From Eledone cirrhosa (lineage: Eukaryota): a stretch of 64,000 nt of DNA. Within the stretch, counting starts at the first letter, position 1; the number at the start of each line of letters is the position of its first letter. The notes under the pieces are model-generated. The model was not told where the DNA came from. It saw nothing but the letters and a program-made list of their open reading frames with translations, and ran no database searches. Below, one piece after another: positions 30,501 to 46,399 of this stretch. The stretch lies in the NCBI GenBank assembly GCA_964016885.1, contig OZ024740.1, forward strand, positions 204,104,001 through 204,168,000, written 5' to 3'. The position numbers and the translations under genes are program-made.

Positions 30501-31930
30501 GTACCATTGAATTCCACTGTCAGGATGTGTTGTATCTACAGATATAGAGATATATACTGGACAGTAGAGAGACGTTACACTATGTCCCCTACTTTGAATA
30601 CCAATGTCAGGGTGTGTTGTATCTACAAGTATAGAGATATACACTGGACAGTAGAGAGACGTTACACTATGTCCCCTACCATACAATACCACTGTCAGGG
30701 TGTGTTGTATCTACAGGTATAGAGATATATACTGGATAGTAGAGAGACGTTACACTATGTCCCCTACCATTGAATACCACTGTCAGGGTGTGTTGTATCT
30801 ACAGATATAGAGATATATACTGGATAGTAGAGAGACGTTACACTATGTCCCCTACCATTGAATACCACTGTCAGGGTATGTTGTATCTACAGGTATAGAT
30901 ATATATACTGGATAGTAGAGAGACGTTACACTATGTCCCCTACCATTGAATACCACTGTCAGTGTGTGTTGTATCTACAATTATAGAGATATATACTGGA
31001 CAGTAGAGAGACGTTACACTATGTCCCCTACCATTGAATACCACTGTCAGGGTGTGTTGTATCTACAGATATAGAGATATATACAGGACAGTAGAGAGAT
31101 GTTACACTATGTCTCCTACAATTGAATACCACTGTCAGTGTGTGTTGTATCTACAATTATAGAGATATATACTGGACAGTAGAGAGACGTTACACTATGT
31201 CCCCTACCATTGAATACCACTGTCAGGGTGTGTTGTATCTACAGATGTAAAGATATATACTGGACAGTAGAGAGACGTTACACTATATCCCCTAACATTC
31301 AATACCACTGTCTGGGTGTGTTGTATCTAGAGATGTAGAGATATATACTGAACAGTAGAGAAACGTTACACTATGTCCCCTACCATTCAATACCACTATC
31401 AGGGTGTGTTGTATCTACATGTATAGAGATATATACTTGATAGTAGAGAGACGTTACACTATGTCCCCTACCATTGAATACCACTGTCTGGGTGTGTTGT
31501 ATCTACAAGTATAGAGATATATACTGGATAGTACCGAGACGTAACACTATGTCCCCTAACATTGAATACCACTGTCAGGGTGTGTTGTATCTACAGATGT
31601 AGAGATATATACTGGACAGTAGAGGGGTTACACTATGTCCCCTACCATTGAATTCCACTGTCAGGGAGTGTTGTATCTACAGATATAGAGATATATACTG
31701 GACAGTAGAGAGACGTTACACTATGTCCCCTACCATTGAATACCACTGTCAGGGTGTGTTATATCTACAAGTATAGAGATATACACTGGACAGTAGAGAG
31801 ACGTTACACTATGTCCCCTACCATACAATACCACTGTCAGGGTGTGTTGTATCTACAGGTATAGAGATATATACTGGATAGTAGAGAGACGTTACACTAT
31901 GTCCCCTACCATTGAATACCACTGTCAGGG
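27520..31930. repeat. Patchy duplicated block, offset about 2628 bp then about 2360 bp
   Basis: Identical ORFs at 27879 and 30507. Both copies share the private variants GTTCCGCTATG and the deletion CCTACTTTGAA. The register shifts further along. Confidence 0.75.
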
Positions 31931-34900
31931 TGTGTTGTATCTACAGGTATAAAGATATATACTGGACAGTAGAGAGACGTTACACTATGTTCCCTACCAT
32001 TCAATACCACTGTCATGGTGTGTTGTATCTACAGGTATAGAAATATATACTGGACAGTAGAGAGACGTTACACTATGTCCCCTACCATTGAATACCACTG
32101 TCAGGGTGTGTTGTATCTACAAGTATAGAGATATACACAGGACAGTAGAGAGACGTTAAACTATGTCCCCTACCATTGAATACCACTGTCAGGGTGTGTT
32201 GTATCTACAGATATAGAGATATATACTGGACAGTAGAGAGACGTTACACTATGTCCCCTACCATTGAATACCACTGTCAGGGTGTGTTGTATCTACAGAT
32301 ATAGAGATATATACTGGACAGTAGAGGGGTTACACTATGTCCCCTACCATTGAATACCACTGTCATGGTGTGTTGTATCTACAGATATAGAGATATATAC
32401 TGGACAGTAGAGAGACGTTACACTATGTCCCCTACCATTGAATACCACTGTCAGGGTATGTTGTATCTACAGATATAGAGATATATACTGGACAGTAGAG
32501 GGGTTACACTATGTCCCCTACCATGGAATACCACTGTCAGGGAGTATTGTATCTACAGATATAGAGATATATACTGGACAGTAGAGAGACGTTACACTAT
32601 GTCCCCTACCATTGAATACCACTGTCAGGGTGTGTTGTATCTACAGATATAGACATATATACTGGACAGTAGAGGGGTTACACTATGTCCCCTACCATTG
32701 AATACCACTGTCATGGTGTGTTGTATCTACAGATATAGAGATATATACTGGACAGTAGAGATACGTTACACTATGTACCCTAACATGGAATACCACTGTC
32801 AGGGTGTGTTGTATCTACAGATATAGAGATATATACTGGATAAAAGAGAGACGTTACACTATGTCCCCTATCATTGAACACCACTGTCAGGGTGTGTTGT
32901 ATCTACAGATGTAGAGATATATACTGGGCAGTAGAGAGACGTTACACTATGTCCCCTACCATTGAATACCACTGTCAGGGTTTGTTGTATCTACAGCTAT
33001 AGAGATATACACTGGACAGTAGAGAGATGTTATACTATGTCCCCTAAAATGGAATACTACTGTCAGGGTGTGTTGTATCTACAAGTATAGAGATATACAC
33101 TGGACAGTAGAGAGACGTTACACTATGTCCCCTACCATTGAATACCACTGTCAGGGTGTGTTGTATCTACAGATATAGAGATATATACTGGACAGTAGAG
33201 AGACGTTACACTATGTCCCCTATCATTGAATGCCACTGTCTGGGTGTGTTGTATCTACAGATATAGAGATATATACTGGACAGTAGAGAGATGTTACACT
33301 ATGTCCCCTACCATTGCATACCACTGTCAGGGTGTGTTGTATCTACACATGTATAGATATATACTGGACAGTAGAGAGACGTTACACTATGTCCCCTACC
33401 ATTGAATACCGCTGTCAGGGTGTGTTGTATCTACAGATGTAGAGATATATACTGGGCAGTAGAGAGACGTTACACTATGTCCCCTACCATTGAATACCAC
33501 TGTCAGGGTTTGTTGTATCTACAGCTATAGAGATATACACTGGACAGTAGAGAGATGTTATACTATGTCCCCTAAAATGGAATACTACTGTCAGGGTGTG
33601 TTGTATCTACAGATATAGAGATATATACTGGACAGTAGAGAGACGTTACACTATGTCCCCTACCATTGAATACCAATGTCAGGGTGTGTTGTATCTACAA
33701 GTATAGAAATATACACTGGACAGTAGAGAGACGTTACACTATGTCCCCTACCATACAATACCACTGTCAGGGTGTGTTGTATCTACAGGTATAGAGATAT
33801 ATACTGGATAGTAAAGAGACGTTACACTATGTTCACTACCATTGAATACCACTGTCAGGGTGTGTTGTATCTACAGGTATAGAGATATATACTGGACAGT
33901 AGAGAGACGTTACACTATGTCCCCTACCATTCAATACCACTGCCAGGGTGTGTTGTATCTACATATATAGAGATATATACTGGACAGTAGAGAGACGTTA
34001 CACTATGTCCCTACCATTGAATACCACTGTCAGGGTGTGTTGTATCTACAGATGTAGAAATATATACTGGTCAGTAGAGAGACGTTACACTATGTCCCCT
34101 ACCATGGAATACCACTGTCAGGGTGTGTTGTATCTACAGATGTAGAGATATATACTGGTCAGTAGAGAGACGTTACACTATGTCCCCTACCATGGAATAC
34201 CACTGTCAGGGAGTATTGTATCTACAGATATAGAGATATATACTGGACAGTAGAGAGACGTTACACTATGTCCCCTACCATTGAATACCACTGTCAGGGT
34301 GTGTTGTATCTACAGATATAGAGATATATACTGGACAGTAGAGATACGTTACACTATGTACCCTAACATGGAATACCACTGTCAGGGTGTGTTGTATCTA
34401 CAGATATAGAGATATATACTGGATAAAAGAGAGACGTTACACTATGTCCCCTATCATTGAACACCACTGTCAGGGTGTGTTGTATCTACAGATGTAGAGA
34501 TATATACTGGGCAGTAGAGAGACGTTACACTATGTCCCCTACCATTGAATACCACTGTCAGGGTTTGTTGTATCTACAGCTATAGAGATATACACTGGAC
34601 AGTAGAGAGATGTTATACTATGTCCCCTAAAATGGAATACCACTGTCAGGGTGTGTTGTATCTACAGGTATAGAGATATATACTGGATAGTAAAGAGACG
34701 TTACACTATGTTCACTACCATTGAATACCACTGTCAGGGTGTGTTGTATCTACAGATATAGAGATATATACTGGACAGTAGAGAGACGTTACACTATGTC
34801 CCCTACCATTGAATACCAATGTCAGGGTGTGTTGTATCTACAAGTATAGAGATATATACTGGACAGTAGAGAGACGTTACACTATGTCCCCTACCATACA

Positions 34901-36599
34901 ATACCACTGTCAGGGTGTGTTGTATCTACAGGTATAGAGATATATACTGGATAGTAGAGAGACGTTACACTATGTCCACTACCATTGAATACCACTGTCA
35001 GGGTATGTTGTATCTACAGGTATAGAGATATATACTGGACAGTAGAGAGACGTTACACTATGTCCCCTACCATTCAATACCACTGTCAGGGTGTTTGTAT
35101 CTACAGGTATAGAGATATATACCGGATAGTAGAGAGACGTTACACTATGTCCCCTACCATTGAATACCACTGTCAGGGTGTGTTGTATCTACAGATATAG
35201 AGATATATACTGGACAGTAGAGAGACGTTACACTATGTCCCCTACCATTGAATACCACTGTCTGGGTGTGTTGTATCTACAGATATAGAGATATATACTG
35301 GACAGTAGAGAGACGTTACATTATGTCTCCTACCATTGAATACCACTGTCACGGTGTGTTGTATCTACAAGTATAGAGATATACACTGGACAGTAGAGAG
35401 ACGTTACTCTATGTCCCCTAACATTGAGTACCACTGTCAGGGTGTTTTGTATCTACAGATATAGAGATATATACTGGACAGTAGAGGGGTTACACTATGT
35501 CCCCTACCATTGAATACCACTGTCAGGGTGTGTTGTATCTACAGATATAGAGATATATACTGGACAGTAGAGGGGTTACACTATGTCCCCTACCATTGAA
35601 TACCACTGTCAGGGTGTGTTGTATCTACACGTATAGAGATATACACTGGACAGTAGAGAGACGTTACATTATGTCCCCTACCATTGAATACCACTGTCAG
35701 GGTGTGTTGTATCTACAGATATAGAGATATATACTGGACAGTAGAGAGACGTTACACTATGTCCCCTACCATTGAATACCACTGTCAGGGTGTATTGTAT
35801 CTACAGATATAGAGATATATACTGGACAGTAGAGAGACGTTACACTATGTCCCTACCATTGAATACCACTGTCAGGGTGTGTTGTATCTAAAGATGTAGA
35901 GATATATACTGGACAGTAGAGAGACGTTACACTATGTCCCCTACCATTGAATACCACTGTCTGGGTGTGTTGTATCTATACATGTAGAGATATATACTGA
36001 ACAGTAGAGAAACGTTACACTATGTCCCCTACCATTCAATACCACTATCAGGGTGTGTTGTATCTACAGGTATAGTGATATATACTTGATAGTAGAGAGA
36101 CGTTACAGTATGTCCCCTACCATTGAATACCACTGTCAGGGTGTGTTGTATCTACAAGTATAAAGATATATACTGGACAGTAGAGAGACGTTACACTATG
36201 TCCCTACCATTGAATACCACTGTCAGGGTGTGTTGTATCTCCAGATGCAGAGATATATACTGGTCAGTAGAGAGACGTTACACTATGTCCCCTACCATGG
36301 AATACCACTGTCAGGGTGTGTCGTATCTACAGATATAGAGATATATACTGGACAGTAGAGGGGTTACACTATGTCCCCTACCATTGAATACCACTGTCAG
36401 GGTGTGTTGTATCTACAGATATAGAGATATATTCTGGACAGTAGAGGGGTTACACTATGTCCCCTACCATTGAATACCACTGTCAGGGTGTGTTGTATCT
36501 ACAGGTATAGAGATATACACTGGACAGTAGAGAGACGTTACATTATGTCCCCTACCATTGAATACCACTGTCAGGGTGTGTTGTATCTACAAGTATAGA

Positions 36600-39200
36600 G
36601 ATATATACTGGACAGTAGACAGACGTTACAATATGTCCCCTACCATTGAATACCACTGTCTGGGTGTGTTGTATCTATACATGTAGAGATATATACTGGA
36701 CAGTAGAGAGATGTTACACTATGTCCCCTACCATTGAATACCACTGTCAGGGTGTGTTGTATCTACAGATGTAAAGATATATACTGGACAGTAGAGAGTC
36801 GTTACACTATGTCCCCTACCATTCAATACCACTGTCTGGGTGTGTTGTATCTAGAGATGTAGAGATATATACTGAACAATAGAGAGACGTTACACTATGT
36901 CCCCTACCATTCAATACCACTATCAGGGTGTGTTGTATCTACAGGTATAGAGATATATACTTGATAGTAGAGAGACGTTACACTATGTCCCCTACCATTG
37001 AAACGCACTGTCAGGGTGTGTTGTATCTACAGGTATAGAGATATATACTGGATAGTAGAGAGACGTTACACTATGTCCCCTACCATTGAATACCACTGTC
37101 TGGGTGTGTTGTATCTACAAGTATAGAGATATATACTGGATAGTACCGAGACGTAACACTATGTCCTCTAACATTGAATACCACTGTCAGGGTGTGTTGT
37201 ATCTACAGATGTAGAGATATATACTGGACAGTAGAGGGCTTACACTATGTCCCCTACCATTGAAACGCACTGTCAGGGTGTGTTGTATCTACAGATATAG
37301 AGATATATACTGGACAGTAGAGAGACGTTACACTATGTCCCCTACCATTGAATACCACTGTCAGGGTGTGTTGTATCTACAAGTATAGAGATATACTCTG
37401 GACAGTAGAGAGACGTTACACTATGTCCCCTACCATACAATACCACTGTCAGGGTGTGTTGTATCTACAGGTATAGAGATATATACTGGATAGTAGAGAG
37501 ACGTTACACTATGTCCCCTACCATTGAATACCACTGTCAGGGTGTGTTTTATCTACAGGTATAAAGATATATACTGGACAGTAGAGAGACGTTACACTTT
37601 GTCCCATACCATTCAATACCACTGTCATGGTGTGTTGTATCTACAGGTATAGAAATATATACTGGACAGTAGAGAGATGTTACACTATGTCCCCTACCAT
37701 TGAATACCACTGTCAGGGTATGTTGGATCTACAGCTATAGAGATATATACTGGACAGTAGAGAGACGTTACACTATGTCCCCTACCATTGAATACAACTG
37801 TCAGGGTGTGTTGTATCTACAAGTATAGAGATATACACAGGACAGTAGAGAGACGTTAAACTATGTCCCCTACCATTGAATACCACTGTCAGGGTATGTT
37901 GGATCTACAGGTATAGAGATATATACTGGACAGTAGAGAGACGTTACACTATGTCCCCTACCATTGAATACCACTGTCAGGGTGTGTTTTATCCACAAGT
38001 ATAGAGATATATACTGGACAGTAGAGAGACGTTACACTATGTCCCTACCATTGAATACCACTGTCAGGGTGTGTTGTATCTACAGATGTAGAGATATATA
38101 CTGGTCAGTAGAGAGACGTTACACTATGTCCCCTACCATGGAATACCACTGTCAGGGTGTGTCGTATCTACAGATATAGAGATATATACTGGACAGTAGA
38201 CAGACGTTACACTATGTCCCCTACCATTGAATACCACTGTCTGGGTGTGTTGTATCTATACATGTAGAGATATATACTGGACAGTAGAGAGATGTTACAC
38301 TATGTCCCCTACCATTGAATACCACTGTCAGGGTGTGTTGTATCTACAGATGTAAAGATATATACTGGACAGTAGAGAGTCGTTACACTATGTCCCCTAC
38401 CATTCAATACCACTGTCTGGGTGTGTTGTATCTAGAGATGTAGAGATATATACTGAACAGTAGAGAGACGTTACACTATGTCCCCTACCATTCAATACCA
38501 CTATCAGGGTGTGTTGTATCTACAGGTATAGAGATATATACTTGATAGTAGAGAGACGTTACACTATGTCCCCTACCATTGAAACGCACTGTCAGGGTGT
38601 GTTGTATCTACAGGTATAGAGATATATACTGGATAGTAGAGAGACGTTACACTATGTCCCCTACCATTGAATACCACTGTCTGGGTGTGTTGTATCTACA
38701 AGTATAGAGATATATACTGGATAGTACCGAGACGTAACACTATGTCCTCTAACATTGAATACCACTGTCAGGGTGTGTTGTATCTACAGATGTAGAGATA
38801 TATACTGGACAGTAGAGGGGTTACACTATGTCCCCTACCATTGAAACGCACTGTCAGGGTGTCTTGTATCTACAGATATAGAGATATATACTGGACAGTA
38901 GAGAGACGTTACACTATGTCCCCTACCATTGAATACCACTGTCAGGGTGTGTTGTATCTACAAGTATAGAGATATACTCTGGACAGTAGAGAGACGTTAC
39001 ACTATGTCCCCTACCATACAATACCACTGTCAGGGTGTGTTGTATCTACAGGTATAGAGATATATACTGGATAGTAGAGAGACGTTACACTATGTCCCCT
39101 ACCATTGAATACCACTGTCAGGGTGTGTTTTATCTACAGGTATAAAGATATATACTGGACAGTAGAGAGACATTACACTATGTCCCATACCATTCAATAC
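36600..39200. repeat. Duplicated block, offset 1581 bp (18 monomers)
   Basis: The private variant ATTGAAACGCACTG occurs at about 37000/37260 and 38580/38840. The copies also share GTAGACAGACG, AGAGTCGTTAC and ATACTCTGG. Confidence 0.85.
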
Positions 39201-40579
39201 CACTGTCAGGGTGTGTTGTATCTACAAGTATAGAGATATACACAGGACAGTAGAGAGACGTTAAACTATGTCCCCTACCATTGAATACCACTGTCAGGGT
39301 ATGTTGGATCTACAGGTATAGAGATATATACTGGACAGTAGAGAGACGTTACACTATGTCCCCTACCATTGAATACCACTGTCAGGGTGTGTTGTATCTA
39401 CAGATGTAGAGATATATACTGGACAGTAGAGAGACGTTACACTATGTCCCCTACCATTGAATACCACTGTCAGGGTGTGTTGTATCTACAGGTATAGAGA
39501 TATACACTGGACAGTAGAGAGACGTTACACTATGTCCCCTACCATTGAATACCACTGTCAGGGTGTGTTGTATCTACAGATATAGAGATATATACTGGAC
39601 AGTAGAGAGACGTTACACTATGTCCCTACCATTGAATACCACTGTCAGTGTGTGTTGTATCTACAGATGTAGAGATATATACTGGTCAGTAGAGAGACGT
39701 TACACTATGTCCCCTACCATGGAATACCACTGTCAGGGAGTATTGTATCTACAGATATAGAGATATATACTGGACAGTAGTGAGACGTTACACTATGTCC
39801 CCTACCATTGAATACCACTGTCAGGGTGTGTTGTATCTACAGATATAGAGATATATACTGGACAGTAGAGGGGTTACACTATGTCCCCTACCATTGAATA
39901 CCACTGTCAGGGTGTGTTGTATCTACAGATATAGAGATATATACTGGACAGTAGAGAGACGTTACACTATGTACCCTAACATGGAATACCACTGTCAGGG
40001 TGTGTTGTATCTACAGGTATAGAGATATATACTGGATAAAAGAGAGACGTTACACTATGTCCCCTGTCATTGAACACCACTGTCAGGGTGTGTTGTATCT
40101 ACAGATGTAGAGATATATACTGGGCAGTAGAGAGACGTTACACTATGTCCCCTATCATTCAATACCACTGTCAGGGTGTGTTGTATCTACAGCTATAGAG
40201 ATATACATTGGACAGTAGAGAGATGTTATACTATGTCCCCTAAAATGGAATACTACTGTCAGGGTGTGTTGTATCTACAAGTATAGAGATATACACTGGA
40301 CAGTAGAGAGACATTACACTATGTCCCCTATCATTGAACACCACTGTCAGGGTGTGTTGTATCTACAGATATAGAGATATATACTGGACAGTAGAGAGAC
40401 GTTACACTATGTCCCCTATCATTGAATGCCACTGTCTGGGTGTGTTGTATCTACAGATATAGAGATATATACTGGACAGTAGAGAGATGTTACACTATGT
40501 CCCCTACCATTGCATACCACTGTCAGGGTGTGTTGTATCTACACATGTATAGATATATACTGGACAGTAGAGAGACGTT

Positions 40580-41520
40580 ACACTATGTCCCCTACCATTG
40601 AATACCGCTGTCAGGGTGTGTTGTATCTACAGATGTAGAGATATATACTGGGCAGTAGAGAGACGTTACACTATGTCCCCTACCATTGAATACCACTGTC
40701 TCGGTGTGTTGTATCTACAGATGTAGAGATATATACTAGACAGTAGAGAGACATTACACTATGTCCCCTATCATTGAATACCACTGTCTGGGTGTGTTGT
40801 ATCTACAGATGTAGAGATATATACTGGACAGTAGAGAGATGTTACACTATGTCCCCTACCATTGCATACCACTGTCAGGGTGCGTTGTATCTACAGATGT
40901 AGAGATATATACTGGATAGTAGAGAGACGTTACACTATGTCCCCTACCATTGAATACCACTGTAAGGGTGTGTTGTATCTACAAGTATAGAGATATATAC
41001 TGGACAGTAGAGAGACGTTACACTATGTCCCCTACCATTGAATACCGCTGTCAGGGTGTGTTGTATCTACAGATGTAGAGATATATACTGGGCAGTAGAG
41101 AGACGTTACACTATGTCCCCTACCATTGAATACCACTGTCTCGGTGTGTTGTATCTACAGATGTAGAGATATATACTAGACAGTAGAGAGACATTACACT
41201 ATGTCCCCTATCATTGAATACCACTGTCTGGGTGTGTTGTATCTACAGATGTAGAGATATATACTGGACAGTAGAGAGATGTTACACTATGTCCCCTACC
41301 ATTGCATACCACTGTCAGGGTGTGTTGTATCTACAGATGTAGAGATATATACTGGATAGTAGAGAGACGTTACACTATGTCCCCTAACATTGAATACCAC
41401 TGTAAGGGTGTGTTGTATCTACAAGTATAGAGATATATACTGGACAGTAGAGAGACGTTACACTATGTCCCCTACCATTGAATACCGCTGTCAGGGTGTG
41501 TTGTATCTACAGATGTAGAG
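40580..41520. repeat. 5-monomer (440 bp) tandem duplication
   Basis: AATACCGCTG at 40601, 41041 and 41481; TCGGTGTGTT at 40701 and 41141; TGTAAGGGTG at 40961 and 41401. Confidence 0.9.
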
Positions 41521-44500
41521 ATATATACTGGATAGTAGAGAGACGTTACACTATGTCTCTACCATTGAATACCACTGTTAGGGTGTGTTTCATCTACAAG
41601 TATAGAGATATACACTGGACAGTAGAGAGACGTTACACTATGTCCCCTACCATTGAATACCACTGTCGGGGTGTGTTGTATCTACAAGTATAGAGATATA
41701 TACTGGACAGTAGAGAGACGTTACACTATGTCCCCTAACATTGAATACCACTGTCAGGGTGTGTTGTATCTACAGCTATAGAGATATACACTGGACAGTA
41801 GAGAGATGTTACACTATGTCCCCTAATATGGAATACTACTGTCAGGGTGTGTTGTATCTACAAGTATAGAGATATATACTGGATAGTACCGAGACGTTAC
41901 ACTATGTCCACTACCATGGAATACCACTGTCAGGGTGTGTTGTATCTACAAGTATAGAGATATATACTGGACAGTAGAGAGATGTTACACTATGTCCCCT
42001 ACCATTGAATACCACTGTCAGGGTGTGTTGTATCTACAGATGTAGAGATATATACTGGTCAGTAGAGAGACGTTACACTATGTCCCCTACCATTGAATAC
42101 CACTGTCTGGGTGTGTTGTATCTAGAAGTATAGAGATATATACTGGATAGTACCGAGACGTTACACTATGTTCCCTACCATTGAATACCACTGTCATGGT
42201 GTGGTATCTACAGATGTAGAGATATATACTGGACAGTAGAGAGACGTTACACTATGTCCCCTACCATTAAATTCCACTGTCAGGGTGTGTGGTATCTACA
42301 GATATAGAGATATATACTGGACAGTAGAGAGACGTTACACTATGTCCCCTACCATTGAAACCACTGTCAGGGTGTGTTGTATCTACAAGTATAGAGATAT
42401 ATACTGGACAGTAGAGAGACGTTACACTATGTCCCCTACCATACAATACCACTGTCAGGGTGTGATGTATCTACAGGTATAGAGATATATACTGGATAGT
42501 AGAGAGACGTTACACTATGTCCCCTACCATTGAATACCACTGTCGGGGTGTGTTGTATCTACAGGTATAGAGATATATACTGGACAGTCGAGAGACGTTA
42601 CACTATGTCCCCTACCATTCAATACCACTGTCAGGGTGTGTTGTATCTACAGGTATAGAAATATATACTGGACAGTAGAGAGACGTTAGACTATGTCCCC
42701 TACCATTGAATACCACTGTCTGGTTGTGTTGTATCTACAGATATAGAGATATATACTGGACAGTAGAGAGACGTTACACTATGTCCCCTACCATTGTATA
42801 CCACTGTCTGGGTGTGTTGTATCTACAGATATAGAGATATATACTGGACAGTAGAGAGACGTTACACTATGTCCTCTACCATTGTATACCACTGTCAGGG
42901 TGTGTTGTATCTACAGATATAGAGATATATACTGGACAGTAGAGAGACGTTACACTATGTCCCCTACCATTGTATACCACTGTCAGGGTGTGTTGTATCT
43001 ACAGATGTAGAGATATATACTGGAAAGTAGAGAGACGTTACACTATGTCCCCTACCATTGAATACCACTGTCTGGGTGTGTTGTATCTACAGATATAGAG
43101 ATATATACTGGACAGTAGAGAGACGTTACACTATGTCTCCTACCATGGAATACCACTGTCAGGGTGTGTTGTATCTACAGATATAGAGATATATACTGAA
43201 CAGTAGAGAGACGTTACACTATGTCCCTACCATTGAATACCACTGTCAGGGTGTGTTGTATCTACAGATGTAGAGATATATACTGGTCAGTAGAGAGACG
43301 TTACACTATGTCCCCTACCATGGAATACCACTGTCAGGGTGTGTTGTATCTACAGATGTAGAGATATATACTGGTCAGTAGAGAGACGTTACACTATGTC
43401 CCCTACCATGGAATACCACTGTCAGGGAGTATTGTATCTACAGATATAGAGATATATACTGGACAGTTGAGAGACGTTACACTATGTCCCCTACTATTGA
43501 ATACCACTGTCAGGGTGTGTTGTATCTACAGATATAGAGATATATACTTGACAGTAGAGGGGTTATACTATGTCCCCTACCATTGAATACCACTATCAGG
43601 GTGTGTTGTATCTACAAGTATAGAGATATACACAGGACAGTAGAGAGACGTTAGACTATGTCCCCTACCATTGAATACCACTGTCTGGTTGTGTTGTATC
43701 TACAGATATAGAGATATATACTGGACAGTAGAGAGACGTTACACTATGTCCCCTACCATTGTATACCACTGTCTGGTGTGTTGTATCTACAGATATAGAG
43801 ATATATACTGGACAGTAGAGAGACGTTACACTATGTCCTCTACCATTGTATACCACTGTCAGGGTGTGTTGTATCTACAGATATAGAGATATATACTGGA
43901 CAGTAGAGAGACGTTACACTATGTCCCCTACCATTGAATACCACTGTCAGGGTCTGTTGGATCTACAGGTATAGAGATATATACTGGACAGTAGAGAGAC
44001 GTTACACTATGTCCCCTACAATTGAATACCACTGTCAGGGTGTGTTGTATATACAGCTATAGAGAGATATATACTGGACAGTAGAGAGACGTTACACTAT
44101 GTCCCCTACCATTGAATACCACTGTCAGGGTGTGTTGTATCTACAGATGTAGAGATATATACTGGTCAGTAGAGAGACGTTACATTATTTCCCCTACCAT
44201 GGAATACCACTGTCAGGGAGTAATGTATCTACAGATGTAGAGATATATACTGGTCAGTAGAGAGACGTTACACTATGTCCCCTACCATTGAATACCACTG
44301 TCAGGGTGTGTTGTATCTACAGATATAGAGATATATACTGGACAGTAGAGGAGTTACACTATGTCCCCTACCATTGAATACCACTGTCAGGGTGTGTTGT
44401 ATCTACAGATATAGAGATATATACTGGACAGTAGAGAGACGTTACACTATGTACCCTAACATGGAATACCACTGTCAGGGTGTGTTGTATTTACAGATAT

Positions 44501-46399
44501 AGAGATATATACTGGATAAAAGAGAGACGTTACACTATGTCCCCTACCATTGAATACCACCGTCAGGGTGTGTTGTATCTACAGATATAGAGATATATAC
44601 TGGACAGTAGAGAGACGTTACACTATGTCCCCTACCATTGAATACCGCTGTCAGGGTGTGTTGTATCTACAGATGTAGAGATATATACTGGGCAGTAGAG
44701 AGACGTTACACTATGTCCCCTACTATTGAATACCACTGTCTGGGTGTGTTGTATCTACAGATGTAGAGATATATACTGGACAGTAGAGAGACGTTACACT
44801 ATGTCCCCTACCATTGAATACCACTGTCAGGGTGTGTTGTATCTATAGATATAGACATATATACTGGACAGTAGAGAGACGTTACACTATGTCCCCTACC
44901 ATTGAATACCACTGTCAGGGTGTGTTGTATCTACAGATGTAGAGATATATACTGGACAGTAGAGAGACGTTACACTATGTCCCCTACCATTGAATACCGC
45001 TGTCAGGGTGTGTTGTATCTACAGATGTAGAGATATATACTGGGCAGTAGAGAGACGTTACACTATGTCCCCTACCATTGAATACCACTGTCAGGGTGTG
45101 TTGTATCTACAGATATAGAGATATATACTGGATAGTAGAGAGACGTTACACTATGTCCCCTACCATTGAATACCACTGTCAGGGTGTGTTGTATCTACAG
45201 GTATAGAGATATATACTGGACAGTAGAGAGACGTTACACTATGTCCCCTACCATTCAATACCACTGTCATGGTGTTTTGTATCTACAGGTATAGAAATAT
45301 ATACTGGACAGTAGAGAGATGTTACACTATGTCCCCTACCATTGAATATCTCTGTCAGGGTCTGTTGGATCTACAGGTATAGAGATATATACTGGACAGT
45401 AGAGAGACGTTACACTATGTCCCCTACAATTGAATACCACTGTCAGGGTGTGTTGTATCTACAGCTATAGAGAGATATATACTGGACAGTAGAGAGACGT
45501 TACACTATGTCCCCTACCATTGAATACCACTGTCAGGGTGTGTTGTATCTACAGATGTAGAGATATACACTGGACAGTAGAGATACGTTACACTATGTCC
45601 CCTAACATTGAATACCACTGTCTGGGTGTTTTGTATCTACAGATATAGAGATATACACTGGACAGTAGAGAGACGTTACACTATGTCCCCTACCATTGCA
45701 TACCACTGTCAGGGTGTGTTGTATCTACACATGTAGAGATATATACTGGACAGTAGAGAGATGTTACACTATGTCCCCTACCATTGCATACCACTGTCAG
45801 GGTGTGTTGTATCTACACATGTAGAGATATATACTGGACAGTAGAGAGACGTTACACTATGTCCCCTACCATGGAATACCACTGTCAGGGTGTGTTGTAT
45901 CTACAGATGTTGAGATAAATACTGGACAGTAGAGAGACGTTACACTATGTCCCATACCATTGAATACCACTGTCTGGGTGTGTTGTATCTACAGATGTAG
46001 AGATAAATACTGGACAGTAGAGAGACGTTACACTATGTCCCCTATCATTCAATACCACTGTCAGGGTGTGTTGTATCTACTGGTATAGAAATATATACTG
46101 GACAGTAGAGAGATGTTACACTATGTCCCCTACCATTGAATACCACTGTCAGGGAATGTTGGATCTACAGGTATAGAGATATATACTGGACAGTAGAGAG
46201 ACGTTACACTATGTCCTCTACCATTGAATACCACTGTCTGGGTGTGTTGTATCTACAGATGTAGAGATATATACTGGACAGTAGAGAGACGTTACACTAT
46301 GTCCCCTATCATTGAATACCACTGTCATGGTGTGTTGTATCTACAGATGTAGAGATATATACTGGACAATAGAGGGGTTACACTATGTCCCCTACCATT